Source: an uncultured Gammaproteobacteria bacterium (GTDB lineage: Bacteria > Cyanobacteriota > Vampirovibrionia > Gastranaerophilales > CAZEDP01). Taken from it: a DNA stretch of 64,000 bases. Below the pieces are notes generated by a model. That model made no database searches and was not told the origin of the DNA. It saw only the letters and a list, made by a program, of their open reading frames with translations. The position numbers and the translations under genes are program-made. Positions 29,115 to 38,508 of the stretch are shown here, piece after piece; within the stretch, counting starts at the first letter, position 1, and each line of letters begins with the position of its first letter. Location of the stretch: contig CAZXPD010000007.1 of assembly GCA_964643065.1 (NCBI GenBank), positions 136 through 64,135 of the forward strand, given 5' to 3'.

Positions 29115-30536
29115 ATGGAAAAGAAAAAAATATTATTAATATATCCGCCAAGCGGAATAATGAATAGAGAAGACAGATGTCAACAGCCGGTAAAGGAGCT
29201 TATTGTTATTCCTCCTCTGCCGCCGACTGATTTGCTCTATATGGCTGCCATAGCCGAAAAAGCCGGTTGCAACGCAATGGTTAAGGATTACAGTCTTGAT
29301 GCTCAAACAGGAATTGATTTAGTCAGAGACCTTAATGAGTTCAAACCGGATTTTATTGTTATAAACGTAACCACACCCACAATTAAAAGCGACCTTCAGT
29401 ACTGCACAATTGCAAAAGAAATCCTGCCCTCGATTCAAATCATTGCCAAAGGTGCACACTTTCTGACCTTTGCTGAAGAGACTTTAAAAGCATTTCCGAA
29501 TTTGGACTTTGCAATTAAAGGCGAGCCTGAGCTGACTCTCGAAGAACTTCTTAACGGCAAAAATGCCCAAGACATTAAGGGATTAGTTTGGAGAAACAAA
29601 GATAAAATAATAATCAACCCCGACAGAGCGTTTAATGAAGATTTAGATTCACTGCCCTATCCTGCAAGACATCTGGTAGATAATTCTCGTTTCAGACGTC
29701 CCGATAACAACAGGGTGCAAGCGGTAATAAAAGTTTCAAGAGGCTGTCCGTATCATTGTTTCTTCTGCCTTGCAACGCCGGTTTCAGGAAAGAAAGTCAG
29801 GACAAGAAGTCCTGAAAATATTTTAGGCGAAATTAAAGAATGCATCGAAAAATATAATATAAGAGATTTTATATTCTGGTCGGATATTTTCAATTTTGAC
29901 AGAAATTGGGCTGTTGAACTTTGCGAAGCCATCATAAAATCGGGACTGAAATTCACATGGGCTGCCAATACCAGAGCAGATACCGCAGATTTGGAACTGG
30001 CAAAACTCATGTACAAAGCCGGCTGCAGACTCGTCAGTATCGGCGTTGAAAGCGGCAATCAGGAAATGCTTGATAAAATGGGTAAAAAAACTACCCTTGA
30101 GCAGATACGGCAAACCGTTAATGATTTTAAAAAAGCCGGTATGAAAATTTATAACTATTTTGTCATCGGGCTTCCATGGGAAACAGAAGAAACAGTCAAT
30201 GATACCGTTGATTTTGCGATAGAGCTGAACAGTGATTTCATCAATTTTTATACGGCTGTCGCATTCCCGGGAACAAAATTTTACAATTATGCAGTTGAAA
30301 ATAGTCTTGCTGACTCATCAAACGTGTTAGAATTATTTAATGATGTATATTATTATCCGGTTACAAGCGGTCATCATTTAAGTAAAGAAAGGATATTTGA
30401 ACTTCATAAAAAAGCGGTAAAAAAGTATTACCTGAGACCTGAATTTATACTTAAAACGCTGCTATCCATACGCTCAATCAAAGAATTTCAAAACTATACA
30501 AAAGCAGCATTAGCAATAATAAGAAAAAGTGACTAA
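29115..30536 (+). CDS. B12-binding-domain radical SAM enzyme (class B)
   Basis: 473 aa with an N-terminal Rossmann-like B12-binding region (ILLIYPP.., DFIVINVTTP) and a radical SAM motif CPYHCFFC. It lies 10 nt downstream of the preceding radical SAM gene. Confidence 0.88.
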   Translation: MEKKKILLIYPPSGIMNREDRCQQPVKELIVIPPLPPTDLLYMAAIAEKAGCNAMVKDYSLDAQTGIDLVRDLNEFKPDFIVINVTTPTIKSDLQYCTIAKEILPSIQIIAKGAHFLTFAEETLKAFPNLDFAIKGEPELTLEELLNGKNAQDIKGLVWRNKDKIIINPDRAFNEDLDSLPYPARHLVDNSRFRRPDNNRVQAVIKVSRGCPYHCFFCLATPVSGKKVRTRSPENILGEIKECIEKYNIRDFIFWSDIFNFDRNWAVELCEAIIKSGLKFTWAANTRADTADLELAKLMYKAGCRLVSIGVESGNQEMLDKMGKKTTLEQIRQTVNDFKKAGMKIYNYFVIGLPWETEETVNDTVDFAIELNSDFINFYTAVAFPGTKFYNYAVENSLADSSNVLELFNDVYYYPVTSGHHLSKERIFELHKKAVKKYYLRPEFILKTLLSIRSIKEFQNYTKAALAIIRKSD

Positions 30537-30597
30537 ATTTAGCCGATAAACCTATTATGGCTGTGATTTTAATTTGAAGGAAAAGTAAATATAAATT

Positions 30598-31854
30598 ATG
30601 ATAAATAAGACGACATTTCCAAACGGTTTAAGACTGATAACCGAATATATGCCCGAGACATATTCAGCAACTGTTATGGTTTGGATTGATGCGGGTACGA
30701 ATGTAGAAAAGGCCGAGCATAACGGTATTTCACATTTTATAGAACATCTTGTATTTAAAGGAACAACAAATCGCACATCAAAGGATATTGTGCAGACAAT
30801 AGAATGCACCGGCGGAAGTATAAATGCATTTACTGACAAAGAAACTACCTGTTATTATGCAAAAGTGCTCGGGAAAGACACTGCAACGGCAGTTGACATT
30901 TTGCTCGATATGACATTTAACTCCAAATTCGAGGATCATGATATTGAGCTTGAAAGACAGGTTATACTTGAAGAAATCAAGATGTATGAAGATGCGCCCG
31001 ATGAACTTGTTCATGACCTTTTAATTAAATCATTCTGGGATGAGCACCCGCTTGCAAGACCTATTACAGGTTCGATAAAAACTGTAAAAAACATAACAAG
31101 GAATGATATTTTAAACTTTGCAAACGACTACTACACTCCCGACAACATAATTATTTCAGTTGCAGGCAATTTTAATGAAGAAGAAATCATTAATCTTATC
31201 AAAGATTTCACAGAAAATATCAACAGCAGATGTAAAATCAGACAAGATATCCTACCTGTTGCAAAGCCGTTAATTAATGTTAAAAGAAAAGACATAGAAC
31301 AGGCTCATATTTGTATCGGCACCAAAGCAGTTTCCGTCCTCGATAAAGACAGATATGCGCTGGCAATAATTGACGTTTGTTTAGGCGGCGGAATGTCATC
31401 AAGGCTGTTTCAGACAATCAGAGAGCAGCGGGGACTTGCCTATTCCATCAACACATACGAAGCTCTTTATCGTCCGTCAGGGATATTCGGTATTTATTCA
31501 GGAGTTAACAGCCAAAACGTTAATGAGGTTATTCAATTAACTTATGAAGAAATAGAGAAATTTAAATCCGAGGGACCTGCTGAGGAAGAATTCATTCAGG
31601 CAAAAGAACAGCTCAAAGGAAGCCTTTTAATCGGGCTTGAATCCACTAAATACAGAGCAGGAAGAAACGGCAGATCAGAATTGTACTTTAACAAAATCAT
31701 CAATGCCGAGGAGCTCTGCTCTGAAATTGACAACGTATCAACAGTTGACATTAAGAGAATGGGCGATTACATTTTTAACGAAACTTCAACAGCGGTTTAT
31801 ATACTTGCTCCGAAAAGTTACAAACACAGGGGGGGAAACTTTGGCAGAAATTGA
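30598..31854 (+). CDS. M16 (pitrilysin-family) zinc peptidase
   Basis: 418 aa with the inverted zinc motif HFIEH (HxxEH) and a downstream E (LEEIKMYED). Confidence 0.9.
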   Translation: MINKTTFPNGLRLITEYMPETYSATVMVWIDAGTNVEKAEHNGISHFIEHLVFKGTTNRTSKDIVQTIECTGGSINAFTDKETTCYYAKVLGKDTATAVDILLDMTFNSKFEDHDIELERQVILEEIKMYEDAPDELVHDLLIKSFWDEHPLARPITGSIKTVKNITRNDILNFANDYYTPDNIIISVAGNFNEEEIINLIKDFTENINSRCKIRQDILPVAKPLINVKRKDIEQAHICIGTKAVSVLDKDRYALAIIDVCLGGGMSSRLFQTIREQRGLAYSINTYEALYRPSGIFGIYSGVNSQNVNEVIQLTYEEIEKFKSEGPAEEEFIQAKEQLKGSLLIGLESTKYRAGRNGRSELYFNKIINAEELCSEIDNVSTVDIKRMGDYIFNETSTAVYILAPKSYKHRGGNFGRN

Positions 31855-32284
31855 ACTTAAAATCCACAAATTACCCAATAACTTCAGCATGCCATCATAC
31901 GCAACAGCAGGCGCAGCAGGAATGGATTTGACGGCAGGAATATCCGAAACAATAACATTAAAACCTTTTGAACGAAAACTTATTCCGACAGGTATAATTA
32001 TCGAACTCCCGTCGGGTTATGAAGCGCAAGTTCGCCCCCGCTCAGGTTTAGCAATAAAATTCGGAATATCATTATCCAACTGCGTTGGTACAATTGATGA
32101 GGATTACAGAGGCGAAGTCTGTGTAGGATTGATAAACTTATCATCCGAAGATTATACAATCCATCCCGGTGACAGAATAGCTCAAATGATTATCTCACCG
32201 GTTCAGCGCGTTAAAATTACGGAAGTAAAAGAATTAAGTTCAACAGAGCGTTCATCCGGCGGATTTGGTTCAACAGGAAGATAA
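31841..32284 (+). CDS. dut: dUTP diphosphatase
   Basis: AGAAGMDL, RPRSGL, GTIDEDYRGE and C-terminal SSGGFGSTG motifs. The probable TTG start at 31841 follows a G-rich ribosome-binding site and overlaps the peptidase stop. The track start at 31637 is an in-frame read-through inside the peptidase gene. Confidence 0.9.
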   Translation: MAEIELKIHKLPNNFSMPSYATAGAAGMDLTAGISETITLKPFERKLIPTGIIIELPSGYEAQVRPRSGLAIKFGISLSNCVGTIDEDYRGEVCVGLINLSSEDYTIHPGDRIAQMIISPVQRVKITEVKELSSTERSSGGFGSTGR

Positions 32285-32521
32285 TATTTTTTTACAAAGT
32301 TTTTTGTTTTTGTAGGCAAAACTCAATTGAGCTGCGAAAACATCTAGGATAAATTCTGTAATAAATTATGCCCCATAATATATTGACAACTAACGAGACT
32401 ATACCAAAGATAATCTCTGTTTATTATCAATTTTATAAAAATATGCAAATAGGAATTAAATATGATATACTGTTTTTCTTAAAAAGTTCTAAGGTATGGT
32501 TAGCTACAAGAGGGTTTGGAA

Positions 32522-32704
32522 ATGGAAGAAGAAAAAAGAATGACTCAGCATCAAATGCCGCAGGAAGAAGAAATGTCTTCAAAAGAAGAAAATCAATGCA
32601 ATCATTGGCATTCTGAAGCTACAAATTCCTGTTCCGGAAGGTGTATGCTCAAAGCCAATCATTCTTCAAACCATGGCTGCGGAATTTGCCACGGTCAATG
32701 GTAA
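32522..32704 (+). CDS. Small acidic-leader, Cys/His-rich peptide (60 aa)
   Basis: The ATG at 32522 is preceded by AGAGGG 7-8 nt upstream. There is an extended -10-like TGATATACT near 32464-32472, and a strong terminator follows directly. Sequence: MEEEKRMTQHQMPQEEEMSSKEENQCNHWHSEATNSCSGRCMLKANHSSNHGCGICHGQW. Confidence 0.5.
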   Translation: MEEEKRMTQHQMPQEEEMSSKEENQCNHWHSEATNSCSGRCMLKANHSSNHGCGICHGQW

Positions 32705-32725
32705 AAAATTATCCGTAAACTTGAA

Positions 32726-32751
32726 GAGCAGGCGTTATGCCTGCTCTTTTT
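32726..32751. terminator. Bidirectional intrinsic terminator
   Basis: GAGCAGGC-GTTAT-GCCTGCTC followed by TTTTT. It is shared with the convergent minus-strand ORF. Confidence 0.75.
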
Positions 32752-32754
32752 AAT

Positions 32755-32985
32755 TTAATAAGACTGCTGTTCGCGCAGTACAATAAAGAATTTACTCATT
32801 TGAACAAGATGGTTCATGCCGTTATACACTGATTTTGAGTTACTTCCAGTATCCTGCGCTGATGCAGAATCATCGTCAGAGAGTATAATGCCTCTCCTTT
32901 CCAGCTGTTTCAATATCTGTTCATCAATTTGGCTGCCCATTTTAGAAATATCTAAATTAATCATTTTTTCACTTCCGGTTTCCAT
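32755..32985 (-). CDS. Small hypothetical protein (76 aa; possible start at MINLDISK)
   Basis: An ORF between a terminator and an AT-rich promoter region. I see no recognisable motif. Confidence 0.4.
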   Translation of the reverse strand: METGSEKMINLDISKMGSQIDEQILKQLERRGIILSDDDSASAQDTGSNSKSVYNGMNHLVQMSKFFIVLREQQSY

Positions 32986-33143
32986 CCCTATATATATTAT
33001 ACATAATCTATATATCTTATTGTTGATTTATTTGTTCTTCTATAAAAAATATTTACAATTCAGAAACAATTATAAATAGTCAATCGGGCGGTGAAGTTTG
33101 AAAGAATTTCAGAAAAAATGTTTTACAAAAAGGAGACAGGGAT

Positions 33144-34265
33144 ATGAATACTAAGGAAAAATTGCAGACTTTGTTTAAGAAAGCTGACATTAGGATATTG
33201 GATGATTTTTCAAACGCAGAAGAACGTCCGTGGGACTTAAGGGTCCTCAACAATAAGTTATATGACAGGATATTCAGTTCCGGGTCACTGGGTCTTGGAG
33301 AAGCATACATAGAACAATGGTGGGACTGCAGCGAACTTGAAAATTTAATATATCGAATTTTAAAGAAAGATTTGCACAGGTTTCTAAACATAGCAGACGT
33401 TATGCTGCTCATAAAATCAAAAATAATGAATCTGCAATCGTTAAAAAGGGCATTTGAGGTCGGGATAAAACACTATGACATCGGAAACGAGCTCTATGAA
33501 AATATGCTTGACGGCAGAATGCTTTATTCATGTGCTTACTGGGAAAATTCTGCCAATCTGGAGGAAGCACAGGAAGCGAAATTGGAACTCATCTGTAAAA
33601 AGCTTAAAATTGAACCCGGAATGGAAGTTCTTGACCTTGGCTGCGGTTGGGGCAGTTTAGCCAAATATATATCCGAAAAACACAATGTAAAAGTCACCGG
33701 AATATCTGTATCCAAAGAGCAAATCAAGTATGCAGATGATATTTGTGCCGGCAATGACGCATATTTTTATTTGGAAGATTACAGAGATTTTGCCAAAAGA
33801 AAGTTAAAATTCGACAGAATAGTTTCTGTCGGAATGTTTGAGCATGTCGGTTTTAAAAATTACCGGACGTATATGAAGTGCGTCAACGATTGCCTCAAGC
33901 CCGACGGACTTTTTCTGCTGCACACAATCGGAAACAGCAGCACAACTAAGTTTGGTGACGGATTTTTAAATAAATATGTTTTCCCGAACGGAGTTCTGCC
34001 GTCACTGCAGCAAATAGGCAAAGCATCAGAGATGATTTTTAACATTGAGCATCTTGAAAATATCGGACCTCACTACGAAAAAACATTATTGGCGTGGTAT
34101 GACAATTTTGAAAGAAATTGGGATAAAATTACATCACTAAATCCCAAATATGATGAAAAGTTTTACAGGCTTTGGAAATATTATCTGCTCTCATGCGCAG
34201 GGGCATTCAAAGCAAAACATATTCATGTATGGCAGATAATTTTCTCGATGTATAAACCCTTTTAG
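33144..34265 (+). CDS. cfa: Cyclopropane-fatty-acyl-phospholipid synthase family methyltransferase
   Basis: 373 aa with the SAM motif VLDLGCGWGSLAKY and CFA-synthase-type flanks (HYDIGNELY, MFEHVG, W.YYL..CAGAF). Confidence 0.88.
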   Translation: MNTKEKLQTLFKKADIRILDDFSNAEERPWDLRVLNNKLYDRIFSSGSLGLGEAYIEQWWDCSELENLIYRILKKDLHRFLNIADVMLLIKSKIMNLQSLKRAFEVGIKHYDIGNELYENMLDGRMLYSCAYWENSANLEEAQEAKLELICKKLKIEPGMEVLDLGCGWGSLAKYISEKHNVKVTGISVSKEQIKYADDICAGNDAYFYLEDYRDFAKRKLKFDRIVSVGMFEHVGFKNYRTYMKCVNDCLKPDGLFLLHTIGNSSTTKFGDGFLNKYVFPNGVLPSLQQIGKASEMIFNIEHLENIGPHYEKTLLAWYDNFERNWDKITSLNPKYDEKFYRLWKYYLLSCAGAFKAKHIHVWQIIFSMYKPF

Positions 34266-34354
34266 AAACATGTATTTTTATAATGCCCGACTTTTATGTA
34301 TAATTAGTTTCAATAAGTTTATATCAGAGCAGAGAGTGTTATGGAGGAATACAA

Positions 34355-34852
34355 ATGACAGAATTTTCAAGCAGCGACTTAAAAGCAAGACTTGCTCAAA
34401 TACAAATAGAACTCAATCATTCAGAAAATCTTGAAAAAAATCTTACGGAAAAATTATCTGACGAAGAAAAGGAATTTATTGCACAAAACCGCATCAGATA
34501 TACTGATCTGGTAATTGAAGCAAACGACATTGAAAATCTTTTAGGCAGCAAAGGGGAAACAATATCTATTGATGAGCTCAAGCAAAAATATGCCGGTATA
34601 AAGGAGCTGTTAGCCGATCCCAAGCCGAGAGAGGCTTCGAATGCACTTGAGCAACGTGCAAAAAGATGCTGGACAAGATGCGTAACTTGCATTTCCTGTA
34701 CAACATGCATTACCAATTCAGGTCTTCGTCCAAATGAACATTTCTGCTACCCTGCAGGATCGAGAGAATACATCTGTAATCCTAAATCTGAAACTACGGG
34801 TCAATATGAAAATGGTAAAATTGAAGACCTGAAAATCAAATGGAACAAATAA
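34355..34852 (+). CDS. Candidate RiPP precursor or radical SAM substrate protein (165 aa) with a Cys-free helical leader and a Cys-rich C-terminal region
   Basis: Strong ribosome-binding site GGAGGAA. All 7 Cys lie in the last 61 aa. Core block RCWTRCVTCISCTTCIT lies at 34664-34714. The next gene starts 11 nt after the stop. Confidence 0.65.
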   Translation: MTEFSSSDLKARLAQIQIELNHSENLEKNLTEKLSDEEKEFIAQNRIRYTDLVIEANDIENLLGSKGETISIDELKQKYAGIKELLADPKPREASNALEQRAKRCWTRCVTCISCTTCITNSGLRPNEHFCYPAGSREYICNPKSETTGQYENGKIEDLKIKWNK

Positions 34853-34863
34853 GTTTATAAGTT

Positions 34864-36315
34864 ATGATAATTACCGAAAATAAATTTCTTCGTCTCTCAG
34901 ACAACTGGCGTCTCAGAGTTGAAGGAGGACATTCAATATTATATTCTTATGATCCCGAGGTTCTTGTGTGGTATCCACTGTCAAAAGAAATGACAGCCGG
35001 TCTTCTGTTAATGGACGGCAAAAAGACATTAAGCGAAATCAAAAAAATATTGCTGTTTCTATTTGATGATGTACCTGAAACATTCATAAAAGAACTTCTC
35101 GAAAGCCTTATGCTGCTTTCGTCGAATGAACAAAACCCAAATCACATTGTAGAATATTCTGACTTAGCGTTTTCAGAAACTCACAGATATGATATTGAAA
35201 ATATACTCAAAAAGATGCAAACTTACACACAGGAAGAATATGACAGAGTTGAATCTGGATTATTGCTTTCACCGTTAAATTTAACTATTATGCCGACTGA
35301 AAAATGCTTTACAAACTGTGTATACTGCTATTCCCAACGAAAAGAAACAAAAACCGACGAAATGCTTTCTCTCGAGAGATGGTTTGAAATTATTGACGAG
35401 GCTTCTGAGTTGGGAATTGAACTGGCAGTCCTGACCGGCGGAGATCCAATGGCATATCCTCATATAATACCCCTGCTCCAAAAGCTCATAGAAAAAGGAT
35501 TTTTGTTTGTAATACCGTCCAAATCATTTATTTCTAAAGAACTTGCACAGAGAATGGCTGATATCGGTATGAGGAAAGCATGGAATCAGATAAGCATAGA
35601 TGCCGTTTCCAACGATATTGCAAAGAAAATGGTCGGGGTTGAGAATTATGCAGAATTAGCTTTCGAATCAATTCAAAACATGATTGAGGCAGGTTTAAAT
35701 GTAAGAGCCAACTGTGTAATGACGCCTATTAACTGTTCAGAGGCACTGGAACTTGTAAAAAAATTAGACGAACTCGGTGTAAAAAAAATCAGCATCGCAG
35801 GTTACGGAAGGTCCTATTACCGTCATAACGACGATTTATTTCTTACCGATGAGCAGATGGAAGTTATTAACTCTGCTGTTGATTCAATAAAGAATGAATT
35901 GAATGCAGAAATAAGCTGCAATATGTCTCGAAGAGATTATAGCGATGCATCTGTCGAACAAAGAACGCAAGAATGGAAAGAACGAGCAAAATGCTCAGGC
36001 GGTCGTTCAAGCATGGTAATAGCTCCGTCCGGAAAAGTTACACTATGCGAACAAATGCCCTGTGAAGACGAATTCTTCGCAGGAGATCTAAGTCATCAAA
36101 GCATTATGGAAATATGGAATTCAGAGCGTATAAAATTCCTGATGGCTCCTCCCGTAGAAATGTTTAAAGGAACAGCATGCGAAAAATGCGAAGACTATGA
36201 AAAATGCATGAATTACTATGGATATTGCTTCAGAGACGCACTGTTTACATACAACACAGTTTACTCTCCCCCTCCGAATTGCCCTAAAGCACCACCGGGC
36301 ATTCGTTTGCAATAA
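34864..36315 (+). CDS. Radical SAM/SPASM peptide-modifying enzyme with an N-terminal PqqD-like RRE domain
   Basis: 483 aa. The N-terminal ~90 aa resemble a PqqD-like recognition element (..LSKEMTAGLLLMDGKKTLSEIKKIL..). It has the radical SAM motif CFTNCVYC and C-terminal SPASM cysteines (CSGGRSSMVIAPSGKVTLC, CEKCEDYEKCMNYYGYC). Confidence 0.88.
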   Translation: MIITENKFLRLSDNWRLRVEGGHSILYSYDPEVLVWYPLSKEMTAGLLLMDGKKTLSEIKKILLFLFDDVPETFIKELLESLMLLSSNEQNPNHIVEYSDLAFSETHRYDIENILKKMQTYTQEEYDRVESGLLLSPLNLTIMPTEKCFTNCVYCYSQRKETKTDEMLSLERWFEIIDEASELGIELAVLTGGDPMAYPHIIPLLQKLIEKGFLFVIPSKSFISKELAQRMADIGMRKAWNQISIDAVSNDIAKKMVGVENYAELAFESIQNMIEAGLNVRANCVMTPINCSEALELVKKLDELGVKKISIAGYGRSYYRHNDDLFLTDEQMEVINSAVDSIKNELNAEISCNMSRRDYSDASVEQRTQEWKERAKCSGGRSSMVIAPSGKVTLCEQMPCEDEFFAGDLSHQSIMEIWNSERIKFLMAPPVEMFKGTACEKCEDYEKCMNYYGYCFRDALFTYNTVYSPPPNCPKAPPGIRLQ

Positions 36316-36326
36316 TTCAAAATAGA

Positions 36327-36351
36327 AAGACCTCTTAAAGAGGTCTTTTTA
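36327..36351. terminator. Bidirectional intrinsic terminator
   Basis: AAAGACCTCT-TAA-AGAGGTCTTT perfect 10-bp stem with a T run. Confidence 0.8.
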
Positions 36352-36369
36352 TTAATGTGATGATTAGCC

Positions 36370-38508
36370 CTAAATCTTAAATACCGAAATAAACTTTTTA
36401 AGATTTTCGGCAATTTTTTCAAGAGAACCAGAATTATTGGTAATTTCCTTTAATGTAGTTCCTTGTTCTGTTGTAATAACGGAAATCTCTTTTGTACCCT
36501 GCTCAACTCTGGCAGTAACGGCAGATATAGTTTCCATATTCTTTACAACTTTATCCGAGTTAGTTACCAGCTCATTTGCAATACTGGAAACTTCCGAAGC
36601 CATGCCATTTACGTCTTTAGAAACATTCAGAATTTCTTTGAGAGCTCCGCCGACACTTGAAATTGTGACAACGCCGTCATCAATTTCTTTATTACTTTCT
36701 ACCATTGATTTTACGACGGTTTGAGTTTTATCCTGAATGTGTTTAATCATAGATGTAATATTATCTGTTGCTTTAGCTGACTGGTCCGCAAGTTTTTTAA
36801 CTTCATCGGCGACAACCGCAAAGCCTTTACCGTGTTCACCTGCTCTGGCTGCTTCAATAGCTGCGTTCAAAGCAAGAAGATTTGTCTGACCGGCAATGTT
36901 TTTGATTAAATCTACGATTTGACCGATGTCAGCGCTTAGTGTGCCCAACTCATCAACAGTAGCTGACGTTTCTACCGATGAATGTTTAATCTGATTAATT
37001 TTATCGACAGCTTTATCTGCCTGTTCACCGCTTTTAGCAGCAGTATCACAAGCAAGTCCCGCAAGTTCCACAACTTTAATGGCATTTTCACAAATTTTTT
37101 GAATAACATCATTCATAACATTGATGTCATCCAGAATTAGCGTAATTTTTGTTGCCTGATCCTGAGAACCTTTAGAAAGTTCGCCGACTTTTATTCCTAC
37201 ATTTTGCGCGCCTTTTGCGGTTCGCTCAGCAGCATGACCGACAATGGCAGATTCAGTAATGACTTCATCAACACTTTCATTTACTTTTTTAATAAATCCT
37301 CTTACTTGTTCGGTTAAAGTATTCAATGCAATTGCTACCTGACCGACTTCATCTTGTGAAAATACTTTAACTTCCTTAATTTGGATATGACCTGAAGTAT
37401 CCTTTTCAATACCTTTAAGGATTTCATGTATTGATGCAACTATTTTCCCGCTTACAACAATAAAAATCGGAACAACAATTGCTATAAGTATGATTATGGT
37501 TACGATAAATTTACTTAAGAAATTATTTTTAATAATATCCATAAGTTTCTTTTCTGACATTGCGGTAAACAAACAACCTATTACTTGATTATCAGAGTTC
37601 TTAACAGGGCTGTAAAATGACCAGAACGGGTTGCCGACAACCATAGCTCTGCCTACAAAATCAGAACCGCCTATGAGAACCTTATCAACGACTTTTTCCG
37701 AGAGAAGAGTTCCCACTGCTCTGTTACCGTCTGGCTTCACCACGGTTGTTGCTATTCTTAAATCATCCTGAAATATTGTAACCGCAATTCCGTCGTTATC
37801 GGCTTTAACTGAATCAACAAGCTCAAGATTTCTGTTCATTAAGGAACCTGCTGCAACAGCTCCTACAACCTGACCTGAATTATTTTTAATAGCGGTTATT
37901 ACAATATTAACCAATGCATCTTCGTTGAGTTTTTCTCCGCCGCGAAAATCCTTTTTAGCGCCTTCTGTGTGTGCTTTTTGCATTTTTGCCCGTTCATATA
38001 GTTCTTTATTTTCTTTTAGCAAGTCATCCTTCAAAACAATCTCGTAAGATGTTATTGTTTCTTTATTTGTCATTGCCTTCTTCAAAAGTTTGTCTAAACT
38101 CGCAAACTTACCGCCGCTTCTTGAGGGATTATTATAGTCAGCAATAATTTTTCCGTTTTTATCAACAACGAAAAATATATCTGTTGTTTTATTCTTAGCT
38201 ATCGGCATAACGTGATTTTGTAATACGGAATAGTCTCCGTTTACAATAGAATTTACCGATAAATCAGCATTTGCAATGAACTCAGTCCCTTGTTTTAATT
38301 CAGAACGCTCTTCCAGGAGTTTCTGTTGAAGAATTCTGTAATATATTTGAGCATCTGTTACAGCAACCTTTTCCGTAAACTGTACAAAACTGTTAAATAC
38401 CGAATAAGATATAACGCCAATGGTTAATAGAATTGAAATGATACCCAGCAATAAAATTTTAGACTTAATTGACATATTATTAAGTCTGCTTAAACCCTTC
38501 ACCGACAT
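36370..38508 (-). CDS. Methyl-accepting chemotaxis protein with a periplasmic Cache-type sensor and HAMP domain
   Basis: 712 aa with two TM segments flanking a ~300-aa sensor. The highly conserved signalling hairpin [34 protein letters not shown] is present. Confidence 0.93.
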   Translation of the reverse strand: MSVKGLSRLNNMSIKSKILLLGIISILLTIGVISYSVFNSFVQFTEKVAVTDAQIYYRILQQKLLEERSELKQGTEFIANADLSVNSIVNGDYSVLQNHVMPIAKNKTTDIFFVVDKNGKIIADYNNPSRSGGKFASLDKLLKKAMTNKETITSYEIVLKDDLLKENKELYERAKMQKAHTEGAKKDFRGGEKLNEDALVNIVITAIKNNSGQVVGAVAAGSLMNRNLELVDSVKADNDGIAVTIFQDDLRIATTVVKPDGNRAVGTLLSEKVVDKVLIGGSDFVGRAMVVGNPFWSFYSPVKNSDNQVIGCLFTAMSEKKLMDIIKNNFLSKFIVTIIILIAIVVPIFIVVSGKIVASIHEILKGIEKDTSGHIQIKEVKVFSQDEVGQVAIALNTLTEQVRGFIKKVNESVDEVITESAIVGHAAERTAKGAQNVGIKVGELSKGSQDQATKITLILDDINVMNDVIQKICENAIKVVELAGLACDTAAKSGEQADKAVDKINQIKHSSVETSATVDELGTLSADIGQIVDLIKNIAGQTNLLALNAAIEAARAGEHGKGFAVVADEVKKLADQSAKATDNITSMIKHIQDKTQTVVKSMVESNKEIDDGVVTISSVGGALKEILNVSKDVNGMASEVSSIANELVTNSDKVVKNMETISAVTARVEQGTKEISVITTEQGTTLKEITNNSGSLEKIAENLKKFISVFKI

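Noticed and set aside
31637-31840. Long N-terminal extension of the dut ORF (track start 31637)
   Set aside because: It lies wholly inside the M16 peptidase gene in another frame. The dUTPase homology begins near the TTG at 31841, which is preceded by a G-rich ribosome-binding site.
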